From the IMG/VR virus record IMGVR_UViG_3300046808_000337, positions 6,038 through 70,037 of that record: 64,000 nt of DNA; one strand, given 5' to 3'. The notes beneath the pieces were generated by a model. That model saw nothing but the letters and a program-made list of their open reading frames with translations. It did not search any database and was not told the origin of the DNA. Position 1 is the first letter of the stretch, and each line of letters starts with the position of its first letter. The stretch comes from a virus. The position numbers and the translations under genes were made by a program. Below, in pieces: positions 20,430 through 28,926 of this stretch.

Positions 20430-21119
20430 ATGAACACAGGACAAATAGTTAAAGGGAAACGCAAGCATGACTTCGCAATTATCCCAAACGAAATCTCACA
20501 ATCCAACCAGCTTACAATGGAGGAAAAGGGAATGATGTGCTTCCTTCTTTCACTTCCGGACAATTGGGTACTTTACAAAAAGAACATGTATGATCAGCTT
20601 CCCGATGGGAAACACGCAATTGACCGTGTGTTTAAGTCCCTGCAAGAGAAGGGGTATGTGCTTAGTTGCCGTCACATGGATACTGCTACAGGTAGGATGT
20701 TGGGTTGGAACCATATTGTGTACGATGAACCACAACTTGACCGAGAAGCGGATTTACCGACATCTGGTTTTCCCGTTGTCGGTGATAGCCAACAGTCGGG
20801 TGGCATCGATATATATAAAGAAACAAATACCAACAAAGAAACAATAAAATACAAATACGCATTTGAGGACTTTTGGCTTGCATACGACAAGAAGGTGGAC
20901 AAGAAACAAACCCTTGCTGTATGGAACAGACTATCTGCTGAGGACCGCATACTTGCAGTAGAAGGCGTGGGAAACCATAAGAATGGGCGCGAGAAAAAAT
21001 ATTGGAAGGATCCGGTGCGATATCTTCGCGACAGAAGGTGGGAAGACGAAATGACAACAACGAATGTAAAACAAACAAACTATAGCTATGATCCAAATGA
21101 CCCAAGGAATAAATGGTAA
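20430..21119 (+). CDS. Phage replication initiator (HTH replisome-organiser type)
   Basis: N-terminal FAIIPN..LT.EEKG...LLSLPDNW wHTH; C-terminal FEDFW.AY.KK..K...W...YL...RWEDE. Confidence 0.8.
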   Translation: MNTGQIVKGKRKHDFAIIPNEISQSNQLTMEEKGMMCFLLSLPDNWVLYKKNMYDQLPDGKHAIDRVFKSLQEKGYVLSCRHMDTATGRMLGWNHIVYDEPQLDREADLPTSGFPVVGDSQQSGGIDIYKETNTNKETIKYKYAFEDFWLAYDKKVDKKQTLAVWNRLSAEDRILAVEGVGNHKNGREKKYWKDPVRYLRDRRWEDEMTTTNVKQTNYSYDPNDPRNKW

Positions 21120-23034
21120 GGTATCTATCTACAAAGACTTCAACGACCTGCAAGGATTCCAAATTAGTGTGCTGGGCGCACTTGAACGAATTAGGACTGG
21201 AAAATCAAAGGCACTTGTTGAGAAGGCGAGGGAAGCCAAGACCAAGAAAGAGGCGGACGAGTTAAAAAAGAAACTCCCTGCCGTCTGTTTTAGTGGCACT
21301 TTTTCTAAAAGAAAGGACTCTGAACTGCTTGAACACTCCGGATACATAGTTTTGGACTTCGACAACGTGGCGGATATATCCCAAAAACGAAGCGAATTGT
21401 GTTCGGTAAGGTACATTACCGCAGTGTGGGTTTCACCGTCAGGAAAGGGCTTAAAAGCGCTCGTCCAAATTGAATGGAAAACCATGCATAAAGAGCATTT
21501 TGATGCCTTAATGAATGATATGCCGGACATTGACAAGACTGGACGCAATGTTTCTCGTCTGTGCTTTGAGTCGTATGATCCTGATTTATACTACAATCCG
21601 AGCGCCGAAACTTACAAGTGGTTACCCGTAAAAAAGTCAGACAGAAGGTTGCCTCAACAGACAACTACCGAGACGATTAACGATGACGACAAGATATTCC
21701 AAAACCTTTTGACATGGATGACATCTAAAGGTGATGCGTTCCGCGAGGGTGAAAGGAATCACTTTGTGTTTAAGTTGGCTGCAAGCTGCTGCCGATTTGG
21801 TATGATGGAAGAGACCTGCTACAACTTGATGATGATGCACGTCACTCCCGACTCTAGTTTTAGTCAGAAGGAATGCCGCCAGGCTATCCGCAGTGCGTAC
21901 AGGGCTAACATGAATCAGTGGAACACCGCTGAGTTTACCAAGGACCAACTGGTTACAAAAACTAACCACTTGGAGGTAAAGATTGAACTCACCGAGCAAG
22001 ACCTGGAAGAGATAAGCAAGGACGACGTGATATACGCTGAGGAGGTAATGGAACAGGCTTCTGAAATTTACCACAAGGGATATCAGGCAGCAATGCCTCT
22101 TGGGGTTCCATTACTCGACAAGCACTTCAAAAGAGTCAAGGGCGAATTAACAATTGTTTCCGGAATAGGAAACTACGGTAAGTCATCGTTTATGAAATGG
22201 GAGATGATATTCCGCATGGTCAAGTTTGGGGAGAAGGTGGCCATCTTCACCCCGGAGGAATTACCGGCAGAACAGTTCTATCACGACCTTGTAGAAATTT
22301 ACTTTGGCAAGGACTGTACTCCAAACAATTACAACAGGCCTGGGTACGATGCGTACATGAAGGTGTACAAGATGATTGGCGAACACATCTTCATGGTGTA
22401 CCCCAAGAACGTAAGCCCAACACCCGACTACGTGAAGGAGGTCTTCCTAAGCATGATTATTAAGCACGGTGTGGACCGTGTGATTATCGACCCGTTCAAC
22501 CAAATGGCAAACGACTACACAAAGGGCGGTGGACGTAGCGACAAGTACCTTGAGACGTTTCTGTCCGACTGCACCCGCTTTGCTCGAAAGAACAACGTTT
22601 ACTTTGACATCGTAGTCCACCCACACAAGATGCGTAAGGCTGACGACGGCAACTACCCGTGTCCAGAAGTGTTTGACTTAGCTGATGGTGCGATGTGGAA
22701 TAACAAGGCGGACAACATAATTATTTACCACCGCCCACTTGCTCAGACAGCCCCGGAAAGTCCTTTGTGTGAGTTTCACTCCAAGAAGATCCGCAGACAG
22801 AAGATTGTTGGAATCAAGGGATTCTTTGATTTTGAACTTGTAAGGTCTACTCGCAGGTTTACGTTCGAGGGCGTCGATTACCTTCGTTTGGCGATCGAGG
22901 GTAAATATGTACAGTCTGAAATCAAACAACCAACCGCGATAAAACCGAATAGGAATTGGACTGACTCAAAAGAAGTAAAGGAATGGGAAGAAGACGCAGG
23001 ACACCCGAACGGTTACAAGGAGGCGTGGGAGTAA
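21088..23034 (+). CDS. Primase-helicase (BT4734/VirE-N + PriCT + SF4 helicase)
   Basis: LKKKLP, HSGYIVLDFD, SPSGKGLK and SRLCFESYDP; EGERN PriCT; Walker A GIGNYGKS, IIDP, VVHPHK and WNNKADN. Confidence 0.85.
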   Translation: MIQMTQGINGKVSIYKDFNDLQGFQISVLGALERIRTGKSKALVEKAREAKTKKEADELKKKLPAVCFSGTFSKRKDSELLEHSGYIVLDFDNVADISQKRSELCSVRYITAVWVSPSGKGLKALVQIEWKTMHKEHFDALMNDMPDIDKTGRNVSRLCFESYDPDLYYNPSAETYKWLPVKKSDRRLPQQTTTETINDDDKIFQNLLTWMTSKGDAFREGERNHFVFKLAASCCRFGMMEETCYNLMMMHVTPDSSFSQKECRQAIRSAYRANMNQWNTAEFTKDQLVTKTNHLEVKIELTEQDLEEISKDDVIYAEEVMEQASEIYHKGYQAAMPLGVPLLDKHFKRVKGELTIVSGIGNYGKSSFMKWEMIFRMVKFGEKVAIFTPEELPAEQFYHDLVEIYFGKDCTPNNYNRPGYDAYMKVYKMIGEHIFMVYPKNVSPTPDYVKEVFLSMIIKHGVDRVIIDPFNQMANDYTKGGGRSDKYLETFLSDCTRFARKNNVYFDIVVHPHKMRKADDGNYPCPEVFDLADGAMWNNKADNIIIYHRPLAQTAPESPLCEFHSKKIRRQKIVGIKGFFDFELVRSTRRFTFEGVDYLRLAIEGKYVQSEIKQPTAIKPNRNWTDSKEVKEWEEDAGHPNGYKEAWE

Positions 23035-23048
23035 TTTAACGATTTTTT

Positions 23049-23080
23049 TTTGCATAAAAGAAACATATATGCTACATTTG
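23049..23080 (+). promoter_or_regulatory. Bacteroidota promoter for ssb
   Basis: TTTG-N20-TACATTTG. Confidence 0.7.
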
Positions 23081-23112
23081 CGAATATAACCAATTAATTA
23101 ATCAAAAAATCT

Positions 23113-23745
23113 ATGGGATTAAATCAAGGTGGTTCATCAAACCGTACTTACCTCAGTATTTCTAATGGTAAGATTGCCAAGCGAGTTCCGGAAGGCACAG
23201 CTGGCTCAATTAAGTGTAACAGCAAGGACGGCACCAAGGTGTGGTATGAGCAGCGATTTGCTTCGCTATCTGGCTACATCGTAGACGTGTTCAAGCGCGT
23301 ATCTGAACAAGGGTATGGGGATCAGCTCTGCGTTGTGTTGAGTGACAACGGCGAGGAGTACCAAATTCAAATGCCGTGGTCATCACGCTACTCTTCAGGT
23401 TTCTTTTTGTCAATGCCTAACATCGACGCCGGTAAGGAGATTACTCTTACACCGTGGTCTAAGGAAATTGACGGCAAGACTCGTACAATGCTATACCTCC
23501 GTCACGGACAGGAGGACATCAAGTGGGGATGGACCAAGGACAACCCCGGTAATATGCCTGAGATGAAGCAGATCAAGGTAAAGGGTCAGGTTGTATGGGA
23601 CGACTCAGAGCGCCAGGAGTTCTTTGAGAAGCACCTCAACGACATCTTCCTTCCGCAAGTTAAGGCCGTGAGCTCTGTAAAGAAACTAGACTCATACGCG
23701 GCGCCGGCTGTAGAAGATCCGGACGACGACGGATTGCCATTCTAA
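23113..23745 (+). CDS. Single-stranded DNA-binding protein (putative)
   Basis: 210 aa; acidic tail DPDDDGLPF; adjacent to the helicase. Confidence 0.65.
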   Translation: MGLNQGGSSNRTYLSISNGKIAKRVPEGTAGSIKCNSKDGTKVWYEQRFASLSGYIVDVFKRVSEQGYGDQLCVVLSDNGEEYQIQMPWSSRYSSGFFLSMPNIDAGKEITLTPWSKEIDGKTRTMLYLRHGQEDIKWGWTKDNPGNMPEMKQIKVKGQVVWDDSERQEFFEKHLNDIFLPQVKAVSSVKKLDSYAAPAVEDPDDDGLPF

Positions 23746-23811
23746 TCTTAACCAAGGCCGTGGCGGGGGATAAACGCAGGCAAACCCGCTGCGGCCTAAA
23801 CCTAAACAAAC

Positions 23812-24297
23812 ATGAGATACACATACAAAGATTTAGTCGATTTGGTTCACGTAAAAAAACGAGGTGAGTTTACAAAAATTTACGAGTACCTACACAAGGT
23901 AGATAATCCGCAAGAGAACGATATTCTTGAAAAAGTTAGCAAGCATTTTGAAGTGCCTACTGGAGAAATAAAAGGCAGAAAGAAATTTGCAGATATAGTG
24001 TTTGCAAGGCAGATGTTTATGACTACCATTAAGGTGTGTAGCACCAAAACTCTTGCACAGGTTGCCAGGATAGTAGAAAGAGACCATGCAACGGTTTGTC
24101 ATGCGTTAAAGACGCTTCGTGTTGACTACGAATACGATCCGGTAAGAAGAAAAAAGATAAGACACTTCATAGCCGATCTAGACCCAGCAAAACAAGAACT
24201 TTTATTAGACTTTTTTAATGAACGGAATCCCAATATACTTGCCGCCTACTCCGTCGACGCTGACCGAGTTACAGCACCTGCGGAAATTGAGGCATAA
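23812..24297 (+). CDS. DnaA C-terminal-like HTH protein
   Basis: IKGRKK..DIVFARQM...TLAQVARIVERDHATVCHA matches DnaA domain IV. Confidence 0.75.
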   Translation: MRYTYKDLVDLVHVKKRGEFTKIYEYLHKVDNPQENDILEKVSKHFEVPTGEIKGRKKFADIVFARQMFMTTIKVCSTKTLAQVARIVERDHATVCHALKTLRVDYEYDPVRRKKIRHFIADLDPAKQELLLDFFNERNPNILAAYSVDADRVTAPAEIEA

Positions 24298-24484
24298 GCT
24301 CCTCACTGAGGACATGGAGTACCCTAAAATGGGTGTGTACAAGCCAATGCACAAATACAAGCGAGATAAGTCGCTAATGCGCTTGATAAACAACAGATTG
24401 TATGAGCTGACCGGAAATGATATGTATCTTTGGCTTGGCGGAAATTATAACGAACTCAAAAAAATAGAAGATGGGCAGAATTGA
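24218..24484 (+). CDS. Hypothetical protein
   Basis: 88 aa; overlaps both neighbours. Confidence 0.45.
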   Translation: MNGIPIYLPPTPSTLTELQHLRKLRHKLLTEDMEYPKMGVYKPMHKYKRDKSLMRLINNRLYELTGNDMYLWLGGNYNELKKIEDGQN

Positions 24485-24746
24485 AATTAAAGACGCAAAA
24501 CGCACAATAGACGGTAAGAAGATTAACGCATACCGCGTGAAGACAATTGGCGAAAACAATGAAGTGTTGCAGACGTCAGAAGTCCTGAACACCATGGAAG
24601 CTGTTCTGGTGCACATAAAAGCAATGGCGTATGCGTGGAAAAGCGAAGGCGGATGCAGTGTAGTTGATTGTACTTATAGAGGCAAATTCAACGGAAAAAC
24701 AATACAATTGATCCTAATTGACAGGATAAAGTTTAATGTGGTCTAA
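24471..24746 (+). CDS. DUF1508/YegP-like protein
   Basis: YRVKTIGENNEVLQTSE resembles the A.NGE.I..SE motif. Confidence 0.45.
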   Translation: MGRIEIKDAKRTIDGKKINAYRVKTIGENNEVLQTSEVLNTMEAVLVHIKAMAYAWKSEGGCSVVDCTYRGKFNGKTIQLILIDRIKFNVV

Positions 24747-24765
24747 ACCTATAAATTTGGAGCTA

Positions 24766-24999
24766 ATGAAAAAATTTATCAAGCACATGTTGGAGTTGCC
24801 CAACATAACCCTTACGGCATTTTTAATTGCCTTCTGTATCGCAATATTTGTCTCTCTATGGGTTCGAGACTTTGTCAGCGCGTTTGCTTGCTTCCTTACC
24901 GTGGCCAGCATACTTCCTATAAAGTACTACGCATGGAAGAAATCGCAAAAGACGACTATAGAAAACAAGCAAAAAGTCATCGTAATCAAACGAAAATGA
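24766..24999 (+). CDS. Small two-TM membrane protein
   Basis: Two hydrophobic segments and a basic tail. Confidence 0.55.
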   Translation: MKKFIKHMLELPNITLTAFLIAFCIAIFVSLWVRDFVSAFACFLTVASILPIKYYAWKKSQKTTIENKQKVIVIKRK

Positions 25000-25028
25000 G
25001 CAAACTAAATTGTTTGTCGATACATTTG

Positions 25029-25112
25029 CTGAGGATGCGTGCTTCACGCAAGTTCAGTTTGTTTTATTTCATTTCGTTTGTGGAAACCGTCTCTTAACCG
25101 AGGCGGTTTTTG
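25029..25112 (+). ncRNA. Candidate small RNA
   Basis: TACATTTG at 25021-25028, 5' hairpin, U-rich single strand, then terminator AAACCGTCTC/GAGGCGGTTT. Confidence 0.55.
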
Positions 25113-25139
25113 CTGTATTGGTGATAGTGATTATATTTG
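25109..25139 (+). promoter_or_regulatory. Bacteroidota promoter
   Basis: TTTG-N19-TATATTTG. Confidence 0.7.
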
Positions 25140-25154
25140 TAACATATCAACTAA

Positions 25155-26189
25155 ATGAAAAATAACGTACAAAACTATCTCAACGTCTTAAACGATACAA
25201 GAGATCTAAGCCAAAATAAAAAGCTGGAGTTAGAATACGAAAACGTAACGTCCGGAACAAGCCTAGATTCCTTCAAGCGGGCATTTATGGCTTGGAAGAA
25301 AAGCAACTCATCGAAGTATGTCAAGCCTGGGGCTGTAAAAAAAGCCAAGATCAACCCGTACAAGGTGGCGGGGGGCTTCCAGGAACTCGTTAACGAACTG
25401 ATTCCCGACAGTAACCCATTATCGTTGCCCGAATCAAAGGAAAGGGAATGGAAGCCATATAAATTACCAGTAAATCACAATGATATTCTTTTTCTTACCG
25501 ACATACACGTACCATACCACAACATTCCTGCGCTCACAGCGGCCCTCAAGTACGGACTCGAAAACGAAGTCAACACCGTCTACATCAACGGAGACCTCGT
25601 TGATTTTTATGCCATTAGCCGTTTTCAGAAGGATCCTCGCAAGCGCGACCTTGCTTCCGAGATTTACATGGCGCGGGAGTTCCTCTACACGCTGCGGAAA
25701 CTGTTCCCTACGCAAGCAATATACTTCAAAGCAGGGAACCACGACATCCGGTGGGACCACTACCTAATCAACAATGCGTCTGAACTTGTAGGAATTGAGG
25801 AGTTTTCATTGGAATCCATCCTGCACCTCAAGCAGCTCAACATTACGTTTATCCCGGACAAGCAACTTGTTCAGATGGGTAAGTTAATTGCCGTACACGG
25901 CCACGAGTTTGGACAAAGCATGTTCAGCCCGGTAAACATCGCCCGTGGACTTTATCTTCGAGCCAAGGACAACGCAATCTGCGGACACCACCACCAAACC
26001 TCAGAGCATACCGAGCCAAATATCAACGGAAAGGTAACCACCTGCTGGTCGGTAGCTTGCCTATGCGAACTACACCCAGACTATATGCCGATCAACAAGT
26101 TTACACACGGTTTCGCTCACATCAAAGCGTTTGATAATGATGAGTTTGAGGTTTTAAACTACCGGATCGTAAACGGCAAGATTAAATAA
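25155..26189 (+). CDS. Calcineurin-like metallophosphoesterase
   Basis: DIH, GDLVD, GNHD, HGH and GHHH motifs. Confidence 0.85.
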   Translation: MKNNVQNYLNVLNDTRDLSQNKKLELEYENVTSGTSLDSFKRAFMAWKKSNSSKYVKPGAVKKAKINPYKVAGGFQELVNELIPDSNPLSLPESKEREWKPYKLPVNHNDILFLTDIHVPYHNIPALTAALKYGLENEVNTVYINGDLVDFYAISRFQKDPRKRDLASEIYMAREFLYTLRKLFPTQAIYFKAGNHDIRWDHYLINNASELVGIEEFSLESILHLKQLNITFIPDKQLVQMGKLIAVHGHEFGQSMFSPVNIARGLYLRAKDNAICGHHHQTSEHTEPNINGKVTTCWSVACLCELHPDYMPINKFTHGFAHIKAFDNDEFEVLNYRIVNGKIK

Positions 26190-26256
26190 CGGGCGGTAAC
26201 ATTTTCTGCTTGTTTTTTGTTACGGGGGTCTAAGAAATTTTTCCTTATTTTGCTAT

Positions 26257-26499
26257 ATGGAAAACTTGGTCGTAAAAGAAAGAAAGTTGGGGAGGGAAAA
26301 GGCTAGAGGTCTTTACCACGAGCATGGCTTGATCGAGATCGATCCCCGGTTGCCGGCCAAGGAGTGTCTAGAGGTCTTAATTCACGAGTTTTTACATCAC
26401 GAGTTCAAGCACTGGGAAGAAGATTATGTGAAAGAATACGGAATAAAAATATCCGAGTTCTTGTGGGAGATGGGTTACAGGAAAGTAAATTTGGATTAA
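26257..26499 (+). CDS. Minimal HEXXH zincin-like protein
   Basis: GLY...IEIDPRL...VLIHEFLH...EE. Confidence 0.65.
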   Translation: MENLVVKERKLGREKARGLYHEHGLIEIDPRLPAKECLEVLIHEFLHHEFKHWEEDYVKEYGIKISEFLWEMGYRKVNLD

Positions 26500-26500
26500 C

Positions 26501-26755
26501 ATGCTTAGAGTCATCCTTCCTGTTGTAATAGACAACGACGAGAAAAGAATCGCGGACTTGGTTGGCTCTACGCCAGAAAAGTTTGAATGCGAGCCGGCTG
26601 TCTTCTATTCTGTGGACAACGTAAGGCCGTACTTAAACTACAAGAATCTGTGCATAGTTAGCTCTGGTGGGGATGACTTTATCATCGGTATGTCAATGGA
26701 ACAGGTGGACGAAATCATCATGAGCGACGTGAGCTTTATGTTCAGCGCAAATTAA
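26501..26755 (+). CDS. Hypothetical protein
   Basis: 84 aa, operon position. Confidence 0.55.
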   Translation: MLRVILPVVIDNDEKRIADLVGSTPEKFECEPAVFYSVDNVRPYLNYKNLCIVSSGGDDFIIGMSMEQVDEIIMSDVSFMFSAN

Positions 26756-26813
26756 AGTTAAAATTCTTGACTTAATCCACGCGTGGTGTATATTAGCCAC
26801 CTAAATAAACGAA

Positions 26814-27296
26814 ATGAACGATCTAGAAAGAAAAAAACGACTGATTGTGACCGCTTTGGGCGCACAACAAATTTATGCACAGTGTCACGACGAGTGCGTA
26901 GACCTAAAGTTCTTCAAGCATGACCTGAAGATGCATTCTAAGAACCTTATTGCCAAGTTGGAGCGTGAAATGATGCCAATCTTTGGCATTTTGGGCAACG
27001 TAGAGGGCGGAAGTCCGTACTCAAGCGCTGTAGAGTCGATGGAGGTCACGCTACAAAACCTCGCAACGCTCCCGGTCGAGTACTGGGCGCTAGTAAACCA
27101 AGGAATTAACGACATAAAACGACAAATTGATGAAAAAGACCAAGCAGGGGCTGCTGGAGTTTCTGACGGAACAGCTACAGACAGCCAATCCGGACCAGAA
27201 ACAGAGGATAATGGAGATAGTGTCGAAGAACATACCGACACTGAGGAGTATGAGACAAGAAGACGTTCAAAGCCTGTTAAAAAAGTGTCAAAATGA
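26814..27296 (+). CDS. Hypothetical protein
   Basis: 160 aa after a promoter-like TTGAC..TATATTAG; acidic tail overlaps the next ORF. Confidence 0.55.
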   Translation: MNDLERKKRLIVTALGAQQIYAQCHDECVDLKFFKHDLKMHSKNLIAKLEREMMPIFGILGNVEGGSPYSSAVESMEVTLQNLATLPVEYWALVNQGINDIKRQIDEKDQAGAAGVSDGTATDSQSGPETEDNGDSVEEHTDTEEYETRRRSKPVKKVSK

Positions 27297-27339
27297 TCTT
27301 CGCGAGCAGGCCGATACCGGTGGTGACCCCGTTGGGTGA
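27130..27339 (+). CDS. Hypothetical helical protein overlapping the previous gene
   Basis: MKKTKQGLLEFL...; amphipathic sequence. Confidence 0.4.
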   Translation: MKKTKQGLLEFLTEQLQTANPDQKQRIMEIVSKNIPTLRSMRQEDVQSLLKKCQNDLREQADTGGDPVG

Positions 27340-27484
27340 CGGCTACATCCTTTACATTACACCAAGCGGGTTCTTAGAAAACGACGAGATAACGGTTGTG
27401 TTGTGTAAGGGAGGCGAAATCAGGCACTTTTCAAGCGATCAGGTGCGTGTGTGGAAAAACTCAACCTACGGGATACATGAATAA
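27293..27484 (+). CDS. Hypothetical phage protein
   Basis: IPVVTPLGDGY...ENDE...GGEIRH; ATGA-coupled. Confidence 0.55.
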   Translation: MIFASRPIPVVTPLGDGYILYITPSGFLENDEITVVLCKGGEIRHFSSDQVRVWKNSTYGIHE

Positions 27485-27665
27485 CTACGTGATAACGATA
27501 TGGGACGGCGAGAAGATCGTCCACAACGCAAAATCCAAAGCAAAGAGTCCTGAGTCAGCCAAGACCAAGGTGTTGAACGACTGCTTCAAGCTCGATAAAA
27601 TGATGGGAACTGAACATAAATGGTTAAGCTACAGATGGGACATACAAGCGACAATAAGCCGATAA
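27477..27665 (+). CDS. Hypothetical protein
   Basis: MNNYVITIWDG...; coupled. Confidence 0.5.
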   Translation: MNNYVITIWDGEKIVHNAKSKAKSPESAKTKVLNDCFKLDKMMGTEHKWLSYRWDIQATISR

Positions 27666-27856
27666 AACACGCATCGGACCTACTCAACGAGGTCATCGTG
27701 GACATGATTATGCGTGAAAAGAAGGGTTTTTCACAGTATAATCACACAATGGACCGCACGGACCTCACCGAGAAGCAGTGGATCCAACACGCATACGAGG
27801 AGGCGCTTGACCTTGCGCTGTACCTAAAGAAGATTATGGGGACAAATCGTCCCTAG
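27620..27856 (+). CDS. Small all-alpha MazG/NTP-pyrophosphatase-like protein
   Basis: G..QY..TMDRTDL...WIQHAYEEALDLALYL, a common phage family. Confidence 0.5.
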   Translation: MVKLQMGHTSDNKPIKHASDLLNEVIVDMIMREKKGFSQYNHTMDRTDLTEKQWIQHAYEEALDLALYLKKIMGTNRP

Positions 27857-27869
27857 GTAGAAAAATGTT

Positions 27870-27965
27870 AGTCAGGTGGCAGAAATGAGTAATTGCAAGT
27901 GTTCTTCAAACGGCAAGTGTACATAGCCTACCTTTTTACAGGTTCGAGTCCTGTCCTGACTACCA
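27870..27965 (+). ncRNA. tRNA-like RNA with non-canonical anticodon arm
   Basis: Acceptor AGTCAGG/CCTGACT followed by ACCA; T arm ACAGG-TTCGAGT-CCTGT; no anticodon stem-loop. Confidence 0.6.
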
Positions 27966-28018
27966 TGTTAACCCACAAAGACTAGAAACGGGTGACAGCT
28001 CGGAAAGACGAGCAATAT

Positions 28019-28088
28019 GGAGTGATAGCATAGTGGTATGCGTTGGGGTGAAATCCCAAAGAGTTAGGTTCGACTCCTGGTCTCTCCA
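28019..28088 (+). tRNA. tRNA-Phe(GAA)
   Basis: Cloverleaf: GGAGTGA/TCTCTCC (one mismatch), D arm GCAT/ATGC, TTGGG-GTGAAAT-CCCAA, TTCGACT loop. Confidence 0.8.
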
Positions 28089-28094
28089 CAACAT

Positions 28095-28186
28095 AGTCAG
28101 GTGGCGGAATGGTAGACGCGGTGAATGGCAATGTACACACCATGGGTGAGAAACCCTGCTTACAGGTTCGAGTCCTGTCCTGACTA
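28095..28186 (+). ncRNA. tRNA-Leu-like RNA with expanded anticodon loop
   Basis: Same acceptor and T arm as 27870; Leu-type D arm GGCGGAATGGTAGACGC; long variable arm; GGTG-N14-CACC in place of the anticodon arm. Confidence 0.65.
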
Positions 28187-28194
28187 CAAAACAA

Positions 28195-28491
28195 ATGAAT
28201 ATGAAAAAGAAAACAACCTACACAATCTTTGCCTACGAGCCGGGCACAGAGGTTTACGCCATCTCCATGTGGAGCGACAACGGCAGGCCAACAGACCACA
28301 TAGCAATCTACAAGGCCAAAGTTTCTTCCTGGAGCTTTGACGCCGAGGAGAAGGACGTGATGTACTACCTAGAAACCCCGCGTGAGGGCAAGTGGTGGGG
28401 TGAAGCTATCAAAGGAGAGAACGTGTCCGACGACTTCAACCAACTGCTTGAGTACGCTAAAGAACTTTGGAGAAATGAAGCGGAAATATAA
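28195..28491 (+). CDS. Hypothetical protein
   Basis: 98 aa. Confidence 0.55.
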   Translation: MNMKKKTTYTIFAYEPGTEVYAISMWSDNGRPTDHIAIYKAKVSSWSFDAEEKDVMYYLETPREGKWWGEAIKGENVSDDFNQLLEYAKELWRNEAEI

Positions 28492-28581
28492 CTTCTTCAA
28501 CAGCCTCGAGTTCGAGCGGCTCGTGCCCTACCTCGTCCTGCTTGCGATATACGCGGTAATAATGCTAATACTATTTTCACT

Positions 28582-28860
28582 ATGAGAGAACCAAAAGAAT
28601 ACAAGAACTACCTAGAGCTACTGCTTGACCTTTACCCGGAGGACGAGTTCCTTATCGCGGACGGGTTTGACGACGCCGTGATCGGTGTTGACTACGGATC
28701 GTCACGCCTAATCTATTCCTGCAAGAAGTGCCTAGAGATCCTCGTCGAGGTCGAGGGCATGGACCCGGAAGACGCCATCGAGCACTTCCAGTACAACGTG
28801 GCTGGCGGATACGTGGGCGAAAAGACACCCATCTGGTGCGAGGATAGCTACGAGCTATAA
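28582..28860 (+). CDS. Conserved acidic phage protein
   Basis: ADGFDDAVIG...YS...EDAIEHF.YNV.G.YVGE.TP, a widespread phage family. Confidence 0.65.
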   Translation: MREPKEYKNYLELLLDLYPEDEFLIADGFDDAVIGVDYGSSRLIYSCKKCLEILVEVEGMDPEDAIEHFQYNVAGGYVGEKTPIWCEDSYEL

Positions 28861-28885
28861 AAAAACCGGGAGTTACCCCGGCTTT
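28859..28885. terminator. Terminator between convergent operons
   Basis: A-run, CCGGG/CCCGG stem, then CTTT. Confidence 0.65.
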
Positions 28886-28926
28886 AGTCGTAAATATAAC
28901 GGGCCATCTACACAACCCGTGCATCC

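Noticed and set aside
27870-28190. tRNA repeats as prophage att sites
   Set aside because: No integrase or host genes; the repeats are 225 bp apart inside a phage operon
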